Made by a program: the position numbers and the translations under genes | DNA from: Parasitella parasitica NRRL 2501 | Taxonomy: Eukaryota; Fungi; Mucoromycota | Assembly (NCBI GenBank): GCA_025201805.1 | Contig: MU619317.1 | Location: forward strand, 89,258 to 153,257 | DNA: 64,000 nt | Direction of reading: 5' to 3' | In this document: positions 1 to 12,939 of the stretch, piece after piece | Layout of the letters: the number at the start of each line of letters is the position of its first letter | Numbering within the stretch: the stretch's first letter is position 1 | The notes under the pieces: model-generated | Databases searched by the model: none | Told to the model about the DNA's origin: nothing | What the model saw: only the letters and a program-made list of their open reading frames with translations

Positions 1-1272
1 CCTGAAACCATGCGGGACGTGATCGCACTAGCTGGAAAGAAAGGAGACATTGGCACAGCTTTGACAATGTACAACAAGTCAATCTATGCTTTCAAAGACA
101 TTGCTGACGTCCAGATTAAAGACAGAGCAATCTACATGGTCACAAACAGTCTACTTGTTGGCTATGCTCAAAAAGGCGATATGGAGGAAGCAAAGGTGTA
201 CTACGACCGCATTAAAGCTATGGGCTTTTATCCTGATAGCAATGGCTATGCGAGCCTCTTGCTGGGCAGTGCAAAGTGTGGGACTGACGAAGCTACAGAT
301 GCTCTGGCGATATACAACGAAGCCAAGAGCCACAATGTCCAACCGACCACTTTCTTTTATAATGTCATCATTTCCAAACTGGCTAAAGCCCGTAAGCTTG
401 ACTCTGCTTTGAGCCTTTTCGATGAAATGCGCAAGTATAATGTTCCTGCCAATTCCATTACTTATGGTGCTATTATCTCTGCTTGCGTTCGTTCTGGGTC
501 AGAAAGCCAATCTCGACGCCTCTTTAGTGAAATGCAGTCATCTCCTTCCTATCAACCTCGAGTTGGACCCTTCAACAATATGATGCAATTCTACGTGCAT
601 CAAAATCCTAATCGTGAGCATGTTTTGGAGTACTTTTCTGAATTGCGTCGTCTTCATATCAAGCCATCTCCTCACACCTATAAACTGCTGATGGAAGCTT
701 ATGCCAACATCCCGCCCTACAATATGCCAATGGCTCATAAACTGCTCAGTGACATGGAACGTCTTGATCACATCCGACCTCAGGCTACACATTATGCTAC
801 TCTCATCTATTCTTACGGCATTGTCAAGCGAGACGTTCAAAGCGCCGAGCGCGTATTTTCGGAAATGAAGAAGTCGAAAATTCATCCAGATGAAGCTGTT
901 TACCAAGCTATGATCGACACTCTGATCAGTAATAATGCACTGGAGAGAGCAGAAGAATTCTATCATCAAGAAATGCAAAAAGATACCCAGCTAAAGAAGA
1001 GCGGATTGCCCTATATTGAAAACCTTCTTATCCGTGGATATGGTGAGAAATGCCAGCTTGACAAAGCAGAAAAGATTTTCAAAGGAATGTCTGACCACAA
1101 GGGCCGCAGTAATATCTGTGTTGTTCGTGAACCAAGCACTTATGAAGCAATGATTGTTGCCTACAAAGATAACGGCAAGATGGACAAGGCCCAGGACATC
1201 TTAAATCAAATGCGCAAGCGTGATTTTCCTTCTAAAGTTATCGAGGCTGTTGCTAGTTTGCTTTCAAAGTAG
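1..1272 (+). CDS. Pentatricopeptide repeat (PPR) protein, 5'-truncated by the window edge
   Basis: Many ~35-aa PPR motifs, e.g. TFFYNVIISKLAKARKLDSALSLFDEMRKYNVPAN and SITYGAIISACVRSGSESQSRRLFSEM. The frame is open from base 1 to TAG at 1270-1272. Confidence 0.92.
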   Translation, partial: PETMRDVIALAGKKGDIGTALTMYNKSIYAFKDIADVQIKDRAIYMVTNSLLVGYAQKGDMEEAKVYYDRIKAMGFYPDSNGYASLLLGSAKCGTDEATDALAIYNEAKSHNVQPTTFFYNVIISKLAKARKLDSALSLFDEMRKYNVPANSITYGAIISACVRSGSESQSRRLFSEMQSSPSYQPRVGPFNNMMQFYVHQNPNREHVLEYFSELRRLHIKPSPHTYKLLMEAYANIPPYNMPMAHKLLSDMERLDHIRPQATHYATLIYSYGIVKRDVQSAERVFSEMKKSKIHPDEAVYQAMIDTLISNNALERAEEFYHQEMQKDTQLKKSGLPYIENLLIRGYGEKCQLDKAEKIFKGMSDHKGRSNICVVREPSTYEAMIVAYKDNGKMDKAQDILNQMRKRDFPSKVIEAVASLLSK

Positions 1273-1407
1273 TTGTTTACACATGTCCTTTAAATAAATT
1301 ATAAAAGTACAAAGAAAATGCTCTTATTTCATAAAATCATGTAATCAAGATGTTGGCCTTTCTTGTGACATTGCCATTTATTGTACATATCACACCATTT
1401 ATGCAGA

Positions 1408-4400
1408 TTACGTCGTGTGTTGATTCTGCAATGTTAGTCTTTCGTTTATTTTGAAAGTTCCTTTATAACTCTGTTCGTAATTCCGTTCATATCGGTCTCT
1501 GCCTGACGAAAACTCTATTGAAGAAAATTCAAACTTGATGGTTGCGTTGTTACTATCTGGAATGATACGGATCGTTAGAGGAAACTCATGATTTTCAAAC
1601 AAAGGCGAGATCGATGCAACACGGTGGTGATAATAAGATTTTGTTTCATTGTGATAGTCTTGTTCGTCGGGAGAAGAGTCCAGTGTGTATATTTCTTTTA
1701 ATACGTCTTAAAATGAGTCGAGAAAAATACAATAATTTATACATGTAAATAGCTCATACTTATCTTGTTTATCGGCCCATTGCGAGTGATGAACGTCTTG
1801 TACATTCCGTCTTGATCCAGTATTTCTCCTCTACTCAAAAGCACAAAATAAGCGACGACATCTGATTTTTCAGTAATTTGTTGGTAAGGTTTTTGACATG
1901 AATGCCCATTATATTCATATATTTGGCGCAGTTCATTGTACATTATGAATTTGATGATATACGTTGTGCTGGATATCTGGTCATATTTGCCACTCTTGAG
2001 GACTTGCTTGATGTCCATTTCCCAGTTCCCCGTAAGCAGGCATACTTTCTTCAGCTCTGCGGATCCAAAAAATAAATTGAGCCCCTTTTGATATTTCCTC
2101 AGAAATGTGTAGACTTTTTCTCGGGTCAGTTTGTTACAATAATGCTGATACAACGAATCATTCGTTTCGCAAATTCCCGTAATAATCAAAGAAGTGATAT
2201 GGAACCGTCCAAACAAGTCATTGTCTACAAGGCTAGATGCTACCATTGTGGCAAAGTTCGTGATCGCAGGTTTCAACCCAATTTCCAATATCATCTGGTG
2301 CGACAATTGTATAGTACAGCCACAGTTACTATTGATTGGGATTGTCTGAAATATGGCAGTATCAGGCTCTGAGGCCGTATTCCGATTGCTCATCTAATAT
2401 TCATAAGCAACTGTATCAGCCTATACGCCTATGCTAGTGAATCTGTTAAAGAATATTTACCAGTGTCTTTACTAACTGTGCCAGGCTGTGGAAGAAATGG
2501 TCGTATCTGACCTTGGTTAGCCCATCTTCGAATTGATGTCGGCCACATTTCTGGAAAAGAACGCTATAATACTCGTCATCGTTGGATGCAAGGGCCTGCA
2601 TATGGTTTAATAGATGATCACAAGCAGAATCAGCAATGTTATCCAGAGAAATCGTTCTTGTTTTAACAGTAAACGTCGACTTTTTGCTGGCACCGTTAAC
2701 TGCCGATGTTTCTATGACCTTGTTTAGCACATAATGTATTGAGCCCGCCGCAACATGTACATGTATATAGAATGAGTTGGGTGGAAGAAGGTCATTGTTT
2801 GGATTTTGTATTTGTAAGGAGTTGTTGCTTTTGCCAAGTACATCATTGTCCAATATCAATGGTGCCTGGAAAGAATTTACAATCTCAATCATAGTAAAGG
2901 GCTTTCGCATCGCACCTATCGAGATATCTCTGCCGCCCAGAACATGATAGTGGAAATCATTCTGAGCCTCGACTACACCAGCGTTAACAAGAAAATCACG
3001 TATAAGTTGCTTATAAAACGTCTGATTCCCTTCCTTTTGCAATGCATTGGCACCGTCATATAAGATTACCTCGTGTATGCCATCAGGCGCATCCTTGACT
3101 GGATTGAACTTGTGGAACATTTCCAAGACTAGATTGCATATATCCGTCAAAAGCAGTTCAATCTGCGGGATACCACAAATTTCAGCTATTATATTGTTGA
3201 GATTTAGATCTTTCAAGCACGGCTTTTCTGTCAAAAAAATGGCAACATCAGTCAAAGCAAGACTGCCCCTTTTGTTTTTCCACTAGTGAAACCGATGAAT
3301 GTGTGAACTAGACCGTCTCTGTTTCTTTGACCTTGGACTTACAATGTGTTGGTAAATGGCAGGCAATTGGCTTATAATCTCTTCACTGAGTAAGGAGATA
3401 ATTTCTTTATCGCAAGTGCCAAACAATTCCCTTGCTTTGTGTGCGATAATATCATAAACATGATGAACTGCCTCGCTAATCTTGCCCTTGTAACTGGAGA
3501 TATGGTCTCTCGTTGTGCCAATATCGTATTCCTTTATTCCTGTTGCGGCGATATAATCATGCGGTTTACCAGCAATGACCTGCTGAATCATATCCTTGAA
3601 ATCGGGGAGGTCGATCCTTTCCGCCTGCAAAACAGTCGGAGTGAGTAGAAGCTCTCCTGTTGCTAGTTTGCTCGACACTGCACTCAACTCCTTTGCGTTT
3701 TGCATTTGGAAGCAAGTGAGATTTAATATGGTGCCTCCCGTTTCGTTGTTGGGCGTCAAGCTGTAAAGCAAATACTTTCTTTCTCTTTTAAAATCTCGTC
3801 GATATTTAGTGTTTGTCGTATTCCTCAAAAAGTTGACATAACAATCAAGAAACGGCATACATATTAAGCGGTTTTTATGATCTCCTGGGGCAACCAAACC
3901 AGCTTCTGAAAACAGTAAACACAACAAGTCTTTGTACTGCTCATCATCGCACCATACATTGGGGATGATGAAGATAGTTTGGCATTTATCGAGGCTGACT
4001 TCTTCATATTGCGTTAATTCGTGCGCCATGCCTTTGAAGAAACCGACGATTTTGCAGAGAGTGGAGATATCCTCTTCCGTTCGCTGGTTTTTTTCTTTTG
4101 CTTGCAACTCAAAATATTTTGGGAATACATCTTTGACATACAGATTCGACTCGTCTATTGCAAAGTGGCTTGGGTACTATACGAGTTGGATAATATTAAT
4201 CACAACACAGTGCAAATCTTTTTGAAACAAACATTGCGAATATTTTCCACGTTGATAACACGGTTAAGTCCTCGATACAGCTGTATGGCTCCCTCTATAA
4301 TGTCTATTGCGGATTTGCGCAAAAAAAAAAAAAAGAAAGAAAAGTCGAGGGCAGCCAAAAAGTGGTCTTTCAGGGGAATGGTTTGAAACAAATTGCCAAA

Positions 4401-4490
4401 TGTCAAGACCCTTAATTGCACAACTTTGATTGTTACGAGGGTTAGAACCAACAGCAGCTTGCGTGGATTTTTCAGTTTGCGCACCATCAC
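1408..4490 (-). CDS. Large multi-exon protein, possibly a divergent HSPA12/Hsp70-like actin-fold protein (boundaries approximate)
   Basis: Co-oriented ORFs at 3283-4107, 2446-3255, 1737-2393 and 1408-1602 are separated by short intron-sized gaps. IFIIPNVWCDDEQYKDLLCLLFSEAGLVAPGDHKNRLICM resembles the HSPA12-type 'TVPAxW...AGL...DHxxRL' segment. Confidence 0.5.
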
Positions 4491-5216
4491 ATTATAGAGC
4501 TATGATTACTCATCAGATTCTATTCAACCAACAAATTGTACTGCTAGTCGATCAACTTGGAGGGGCACAGATTTGATGTCGGATGAAATGAAAGTTTTAT
4601 CTTTTCTGAACAATTATTGCTCGCGAATCAGCAGTGTCTATTTTCATCTAAAGCGTATTAATTACTATAAATTACATGTAATAGATAGTATATTTGATAT
4701 AGTACTAAATGGCATCTCAATATAGCTAATCATATAGCAGTGTAAATGAACATAGTTCGCACATTGATATTGGTATTAGTGGGCACAAGCAAATAGTATT
4801 TGTATTTGACTTTGATATGTTGTAGGCTGATTTCAAAAGACCAAACCCAAAATAGACAAGATATAATAATCATTGATATTTACGAATCAGTGTCTGCAGC
4901 GTTGCTGATCAGAATATTTTACTCCTTGAAGCAGGATAAAATACAAGCATTGTGTGCAGCAGAACAGTGTTTCTGCAGCGCACCAACAGAGAAAAGTTGT
5001 AAGAGCACGGTCATGTAGACAGGATGTGTGCTGGATTATTGACGAAATGGTCATAGGGCAGGGACAACGTTTCAAATGCATCTAATGGCAAATAGTCATA
5101 ACAGGTACACATCTTGATTCATCATCATTACGAAATGACTCCGCAATGGATTTTTGGTTAAAATGGTCCTGAACGATCGAGTAAAGTTTCTTTTTTATCT
5201 ATAATTTTATACTATT

Positions 5217-6363
5217 ATGTCCAAATCATTACAGGCGAAAACCTTGGGTAATGGCGCGATGTGTGATTGTGGAATAAGTATAGCAGCTAATTTATACCTT
5301 TTTTTTTTTATAGTCGAATCACTGTTAAAGATTCCCACTGTTCGTATCAAAAATATTCCTGGTACCACAGACAAATTACAGAAAATCATTCAGGGTGGTC
5401 GAAGGAACCTCCATTTTATTAGTGGTGAATATCAGCGTTACTAGTCAAACAGAAAGACATTGTACTCACACAGTTGCAGATTTCGACATGACCATGTCGC
5501 GTCATTGGATTCGCAACAAAGAAACAGACGCTCTAGAACGCAATTCGTCATCTCATGGCATTCCTGCCCGCTCCGATATCATGTCGCCCGAGGTGGGTAG
5601 TAATTTGCCACACTGTTCGTTTAAATACATGTGACTGATGTGATGATGTTATATAGTATAAGAAAGAGACAGCCCGCATCTACAATACGTACTATCCTAT
5701 AGAGATTGATCACACCATGACCCATGAGGAAAAGGTGCCTTATATGATGAAATGGTGGATCGAAGCACATGCAAGCTTGATCAAACAAAACCTTTCAAAG
5801 CATGGTAAACTAGTGTTTGGTTAGTAATGGAGTAAGTTGATTGCTTACACCAGAAACTAGATCTGGCCCAAATGGCAGCACAAGTGAATTTGGAGATGAG
5901 ATCAGGGATCAAGGATGTTTTGGCTAGTTGCAAGGAAAGCCAAGTGCCATTTCTTGTGTTCTCTGCTGGTATTGGTAACATTATCGAAGAGATTCTCAAA
6001 CAAGCGAATTTATTCCATGACAACATGCACATTGTATCTAATATGATGGTGTTTGACGATAAAGATATCTGCGTTGACTTTAAAGAACCGTTAATTCATG
6101 TATTCAACAAATCCGAGTTCCAGTTAGAGACATCACCTTACCACCAAATGATTGAAGAAAGAACGAACGTCATTTTGATGGGAGACAGCTTGGGCGATCT
6201 TCAAATGAGTCAAGGTGTGCAGCACGCTTTGTGCTTCAATATCGGATTTTTAAATCACGATTTCAAAGAGCTGGAAGCCGCTTATACAGAAGCGTTTGAT
6301 TTAGTCATAGAGGGAGATGCTAACATGGCACCGGTCATAGAGATTTTAAAGAGCATAAAATAA
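5217..6363 (+). CDS. NT5C3: Pyrimidine 5'-nucleotidase (HAD family, NT5C3/UMPH-1), about 5 exons
   Basis: HAD motif I DFDMT, plus YYPIEID, EKVPYMMKWW, FSAGIG and ILMGDSLGDLQMS. Exons join through canonical GT-AG introns. Confidence 0.9.
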
Positions 6364-6744
6364 AAGAAATACAGGGTTTATTTTGATGGTGTTGTTGATG
6401 TTTCTTTTTTTATGTCTGTGAATGTCTGTGAGTGTGCGTCGCATGTTTGTTTGTTTGCGTGCGTTTAATAGTAGTAGTTGTTTTGATTCAGGAAGAATGA
6501 AGCTACGAAATCAAGCAAAAATTCCTCGTTTTTAAGCGTACAGGCTAGGACAAGACAGCTCTGATGTGTTTGTCAGTCATTTTTCCTTGGTGTTTATGCC
6601 AACAACAACCCATTTGACTGACTACATGATGCTTCCTCTATCTATATCGATGCCAATGCAATCTGCATAACAGACCAAAACCAACTAAAAAAAAAAAAAA
6701 ATAGTCAGTGTAACTGGAGTGCAATGGTTTATTGAATTTTTTGA

Positions 6745-8612
6745 TTAAACGACAAAGTTATCAAGGCCCAGACTACAAAGCTCAAAAGAAGCCTTGAGAT
6801 CTTGCTTAAATCCAATTCGAATCGATTTGAACGCTTCTTTCGCAGTGCATTCAAAATCGAATTCGATACGATGATCCAAGGGATTCGCGGATGTCAATTT
6901 GACCTCGCATTCTTCCCATGAACCAAACAGTACTCGTTGCACTGTCACTTTGAATACTTGATCCAACGGTGTATCAAACTTGGTTGGCGTATACATGGTG
7001 ATCCTCTTGGCTTGGATATCTCCTACCATATATAACCCAAAGTAGTCATCTGTGAGGGGGGCTATCGACAGGTTTATATGAGTAAGTTCTTGGTGCGATT
7101 TATGCATATTTTACCTCGCTGGGTCTTCCAACATGTTTTTATGTCCTGATCCACTGCTTTATGATAAGATTGATGGGTAAAACTGGACTTTGTGGGCATC
7201 ATACTGTGTTCATTTATTTGATTGTACATGGATTCAAATTGGCTGATATTTGCGATAGATTTTGTGCTGAATACAATATCATTTTCTCTGCCTGGAACAG
7301 GCACGCTATTAATATTTGAGATAAACAGGCATTTGTCGTTTGCACAACTCGACCTTTACCGAATTTTCATATTTAATAACGATTGTCACTAGACTGTATA
7401 CCCAATTACCTAACATCTCTTTCTTCGATAGGTGGCCCAATCTCTCCCTTTTCAAAATAGTCGTTATTCTCTCTCCTTGAAGTGGCGTTTGTCAGCGAAT
7501 TTTCCAAAATTGAAATAGCATCATACTAAATCTGTCATCAGCATTCCAATTTTCAGCAAACTAGGCCATCTATATATAAATACCATGTAATGCTCTACCA
7601 ATGCTCTGTTGTTCACTGTATCTGTGTTTTTAAATCCATCTCTTCCAGACGATAATAATGGATTGGATACAAGATATGGATATTGATTTAACCATATTGA
7701 AAAATAGAATTCAGCGAGTCCAAGTTTCGATGCGCTCAAACCTTGAATGCTCAACTGGCTTAAGAAATTTTGCGCTTTATGCTGGGAAATAAAGGCGCCA
7801 TAACGTAGATCTGCATAGCCAGTATGAACAGAGATTTCTGCATGATTAAAGAATAATAAATTTCATCTATCAATACAATGCAGCGTGCATCCATACATAC
7901 CTTTGTTGGTAAATCTCCAACTCATGTAATCTATATAATTGACCGGCCTTGTATTGGCAATCAAGTGATCTGGATATCGAAATGAATGAGTGTACAAACT
8001 ATCCAAGTACGGATTTAGCCATAAATCATCCTGAAAGTAACATTTTCCATAACTTGCGACCGCACAAGCAACAAATTTCCCCATTCCATACATGGAATCA
8101 TCTGCTTCTATAACTCGGATAGAAATATGGTCGTTGATCGATGTCTTGTTGTGGTATAGTTGCTAAGTTAATTCACTTGAGTAACCATAGTAATATTTAT
8201 TTAAGCACCTTGTTATTTCTACCTTCAATGGCCTTGATTTGACTTGATTATATATGAGTATTTCCTTGATGAAAGGATATTTGACTAGATGATTGATTGC
8301 ATGAATAATGCCATCGTCGCTATTATCAACACGATTGACAATTGCTGTGGCTGGTGGATATTGTCTAGGATTTGATTTCGAAAACAATGCTGCTTTGAAT
8401 ATACTAGGTTGACTTAAAACAGGTTCATTTTCCAATGTTTGAATCGACCAAGTCGGGGGATCTATTTCCTTTTGCGAAAATACAATACTTGGTGCATGCG
8501 ACTCTTTAGCTGTGAGTTTTTTTAACGAGTCGAATTGACTCCATGTTAAAACGATAAGAGTGAAAATAACCACATGTGTGATTAATCTTTTTAATAGTAT
8601 AGGATTGATCAT
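6745..8612 (-). CDS. Type II membrane protein, putative GT-A glycosyltransferase (GT64/EXTL2-like), multi-exon
   Basis: N-terminal signal anchor LITHVVIFTLIVLTW. Segments HLVKYPFIKEILIYN and KFVACAVASYGKCYFQDD carry a DxD-like motif. Confidence 0.55.
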
Positions 8613-9391
8613 TTTTGGGATACAAATGTACAGTAGTATATCAAACAGAGAAAAATGAGAAAAACTTTGTACCCACGAACAATAATTGTAAAAACAAGTG
8701 CCCAATTGCTAAATTAGGGTCTGATTGGGTTGTGCAGTGCTTCCACTGCCATTTGGAGATTCAATTGGTCATTTTGTGAACTTTTATTTGGTCATTTTTT
8801 AAAAGTTTATAAGGGCATTTTATTTTGACACTTTTCAAAGTGATTTACTGAATGATGAATAATGTTTCCAAGATGAACAATTGGTACAGCTTCACTAGCC
8901 TCAATTATTCTAGCAGTGAGTTTTACTAAGCTTGGTTCTGGTGAGATTAAATAGATTCTTCAATCTGTTCTTGAAATAAATCATCTTTTATCCTGCTATT
9001 CTACGGTCATACACATTTAAACATTTCAAGGTCAAGGTGCCAGCTAGAGCACTTGCCAAAGACGAAAGAGAAGAAAGTAGTAAACCATGGTCCTGATGAA
9101 CCATGTTTAAACATGCCGAAGCAATCTAGGGATCCGTGTCTATGACACATCGCCAATGATATTTCCAAAGTGTACTGTGAGCAGTTCCAAGAGCCACCAG
9201 AACCTCGTCATTGAGCATTGCCAAATCTTGAGATTCCAATGCCTAGTTATTAGTTATGTACAAGCAGATTTTGTCCAGTACAGCCTTTTTTTGTTCACGT
9301 GTATTTAGACACTAGGAAAAGTCTTTATACAAACATACGGATAAATCAAATACTAATATTACAGATCTAATAATTTTACACGCCAAAAACT

Positions 9392-11534
9392 CTAGCTGGA
9401 CGACGACTCTACCTTGATTTTAGTCATAAAGTTGTGACACTTAAAAACCAAAGCACTCGCAAGGCTATATTTGTTCTTGGCATGAGGCCCTGATCCAATG
9501 CTATATTGTCCTCGATCGTTGGCTTTCAATACAACTTGAATCTCGGATTCTGCTTTGGTATACTCTTTATCCAACATTAGCATATTTGCCTTTTCATAGC
9601 GACTGAAATAATAAATGTAGTGATCCAGTTCAATCTTGTCTGCATAATCAAAGACAACTTTCAAAGATCTTTCGTGCGTCTGATGCATAGCTTCTGTGCC
9701 TGACTTTTGTTGAAATAGCATTCGGATTGTGATCGCTCGCAAATATTCCGCTAAACAGAGATCGTCGTAGTAATAAGTGTTGTGTTTTTCTTTTGTGGCT
9801 GCCTCCAGGCGAGTTATTTCGGTGTTGATTCGGTTTAAGCCAGTTTGAAGTACATCTACAGGCATGAAATCGTAGGCGGTGAAAGCATTCAATACCTCAA
9901 GATCAGGCAATAAGAGATAGTTTTTTTGGCTGAGGAACTTTCTAGCTTTTCGTGCAACAAATTTCTACAATGTTTACAAAAAATAAGGTTAAATGATACC
10001 TTTGTTCTCGGATGATTTGAATATAGAATAATATACTTACCTCCATTGGAATTGATTTACCAGCAATCTTTTGCTTTTCTCCAGTAACTTGATCCATGTG
10101 GTCGACGACTTGTTTCATGAAATCGGCTCGCGTTGCATCATCATTTGTTACGCTGGCCAACATGTAGAGGGTGATAGCTTTCAGATAAGTGTAAACTGCC
10201 TTGGACCAGTTGCTATCTCGCTGGAGGATTGTGTAAATGTCGTACGCCTTTTGCCAATTCTGCTCCATGATGTATATAAGTCCCAGTTCCCAAAAACACA
10301 TGTGTTGCAATTGCTTCCAGTCTTTCTGTGTGTCTATGGCAAGTTGATACTGCGCCTCTGCCTGATTCAATAGCTTCTTAGAGCCCATAAGTCGACCGTT
10401 AAAGTATAAAAAGAAGACACCGCGGGGATATTTGTCAAGACAAGAGTTCAGGATGGTTTCTGCAAACGGAATATCCACATCAGATAGAGGGATCATTTTT
10501 GATAATACAACATGATACACAATCAAGACCATATTGCACATTTGGCTGCGAAGCCCTGTATTGACAACCTTTCCCTGAGGAGCTGTGCCATCGTGATGTT
10601 TATCCCACCCACCCACTGACTCCAGTACCTTCAAACCATGAGCTCGGTCAGAAGAAAAGCCGATAAACTCCGCCACCTTCACTACGGAAGCAGGCAGCAT
10701 GGATAAAATGAGACTAAAACAACCCACACCCAGCGCAACCCCTGACGTAAAATCATTGTCCAATGTATTATGAGATTTGTCGGTTTCATTGACGTGGTTG
10801 ACATATTTCTCCAGTGTCATATAAGCGTTGTAACTACTGCGGATATTCAAGCTTTCCCGAAGGAAGGACATGACGCTCTCGTCGTGGATGATGCTGAGTA
10901 ACGCTTTGAGTAAATAGGCTTCGGCATGCACCAATTCCTATAGCCAACAAAGAGTCAGTTTCACTTGCTATTGTTGTATAATATGAATAGCAATCATAAA
11001 TACCGCATGTCTTTCAACCACAGTCATATTTCTGACATTCTCCAACGTTGTGCCTTTCATCCAACTAGTTACACTGCCGAGCCATCCATTTTCTTTCTTG
11101 CGAGAATTGTCTGCAAGCTGAATCGTGTGCTTTAAAGCCTCCAATGTCGTTTTGATGTCATCCTCTTGAAAGGTCATGACGGATTTAAGATATAGTATAA
11201 ACGAGTATCCCAGAGAATAATACATGGAATCCTTATAATGGGGTTCCAAAATGGCCTCCGCTTCACTGATGTTTGCATTCAAAAAATGGTCTAATGCAAT
11301 TGCACATTGTCCAGCATCCTCGAACAATTGCTTTTCCGCAAGATTGGAGCCGTCAATTGAAGTTTGCTTGGTAAGCTCGCTGCTGTCATGGGAATAAGGT
11401 GGCGAACCTACGGGAGTCACCGGCTCTGATTGTGTCGTAAATGGGCTACCCAGTCTGCTGAGAAATCCTCTCGGCTGAGCCTTGCTATCTGTCTTTTTGT
11501 TGAAAGAAAGGTTTTTTATCATTTTTGCGCTCAT
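9392..11534 (-). CDS. IML2: Iml2/TTC39 family TPR protein, 3 exons
   Basis: LVHAEAYLLKALL, SGVALGVGCFSLILSMLP, FIGFSSDR, WKQLQHMCFWE, SNWSKAVYTY and KIAGKSIPMEKFVARKARKF (spliced). Confidence 0.88.
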
Positions 11535-12939
11535 GGTCAATTTCTCTGTCTGTGAGGAAGCAAAAGAAAAAGATGGGCAAATGTCAGCTTAAATAAAAAA
11601 AAAAAAAGAAATGAAAAAAAAAAAAAAAAAAAAGAGAGAAACGCCGCTGGACATCCCTATTGTTCAAATCTCTGAAAGGGCAATAGGATCTACCGGTGAA
11701 ATTGTTTTCCGTGTCTAGTCGTTGGACGCTTTCAACAAAACAATACCTGTAAATGTTTATATTGAAACTGTCAAAACAAGATTGACATCTAGCACCAACA
11801 AACAATAAACAAATAGGTCACATCTCTTTTTCAATCACAATCAAAACATTGCCCTGACAGACACGCATAACAGCGTTTACAAAAAAAAATGGTAAAAGTA
11901 TATTATGATACGACAACATTTGTGCTTTTAAAAACACGTAGAGCATGTAAAGAGTCGTGGCAGATTTTCTGTTTGTTCTTTTTCTTCAGGCTATATCATC
12001 TGCTCTGCTCAACAGCTGTTCATTCACCTGCTCCCTTTACTATGATGGAAAATCGTAACCAAGAGGTATAGTAAAACAGAAATTATCCTCTTTATCCTAT
12101 CGCATTTACCAATACCAAGCCCAAAAAGCGGAAGAACGTTCATCCAAGTGCCATTAGTCCAATACGGTGTGGACATTTCCTAAAGTTCCAACACCCCACA
12201 TCAGCTGTACCCCCTCAAAAGACTTTTACAGACCAGTAATTTAGGTGATTACAGCCAAGTATGTACCTTTTGTCACCTCCGTATCAGCAGTACTCGCCAT
12301 ATTCGGAATATTCCATGTGTCACAATCATCAACAGCGGCATCCATACGTGAAACATGGCAATTATTACAGTAGTCTTTTCATTTTTGGGGGGGGGGTTTT
12401 TGTTAATGAATTCAATGGGCTACCAAACATTAGATCCATACCAAAGCTTTCGTGGCTCGCTAGTAACAACAAGACCCGCTCGATATCGAGCGTGAGTGTT
12501 TAAAAGACGCATAAATTCGCTATACTGACCAAGCCCTCATACATATGATATAGCTCATACTCACAGCAGGTAGAGACCAACAGTGCAATTTATTAGTAAT
12601 TATGGGTATTTTGACTGCACAGCAGTACCCAGAAAAAACAATTGAATTCATTGCAGAAAAGATCCATACCATTGTCGCTTTTCACACAAGAAGAACCACA
12701 TCTAACACCATGGCATCAGGAAAGAGATTGTTTCGAATAAACCACAGGTATTTAGGGATTACAAAGATGTAGAGAATTTTTATGGCAAAATATAAAAAAA
12801 CGTAAGATTTTATGATGGCTACACAAACAAGCTTAAAAGTTGTTTATTCTTGTTATCGTAACATAATAATAGACACTTTTATGAAATAAACAAAAAATCC
12901 CTTTTTCACTCCTCTTTGCCCTTTGCAAACACCAATACA

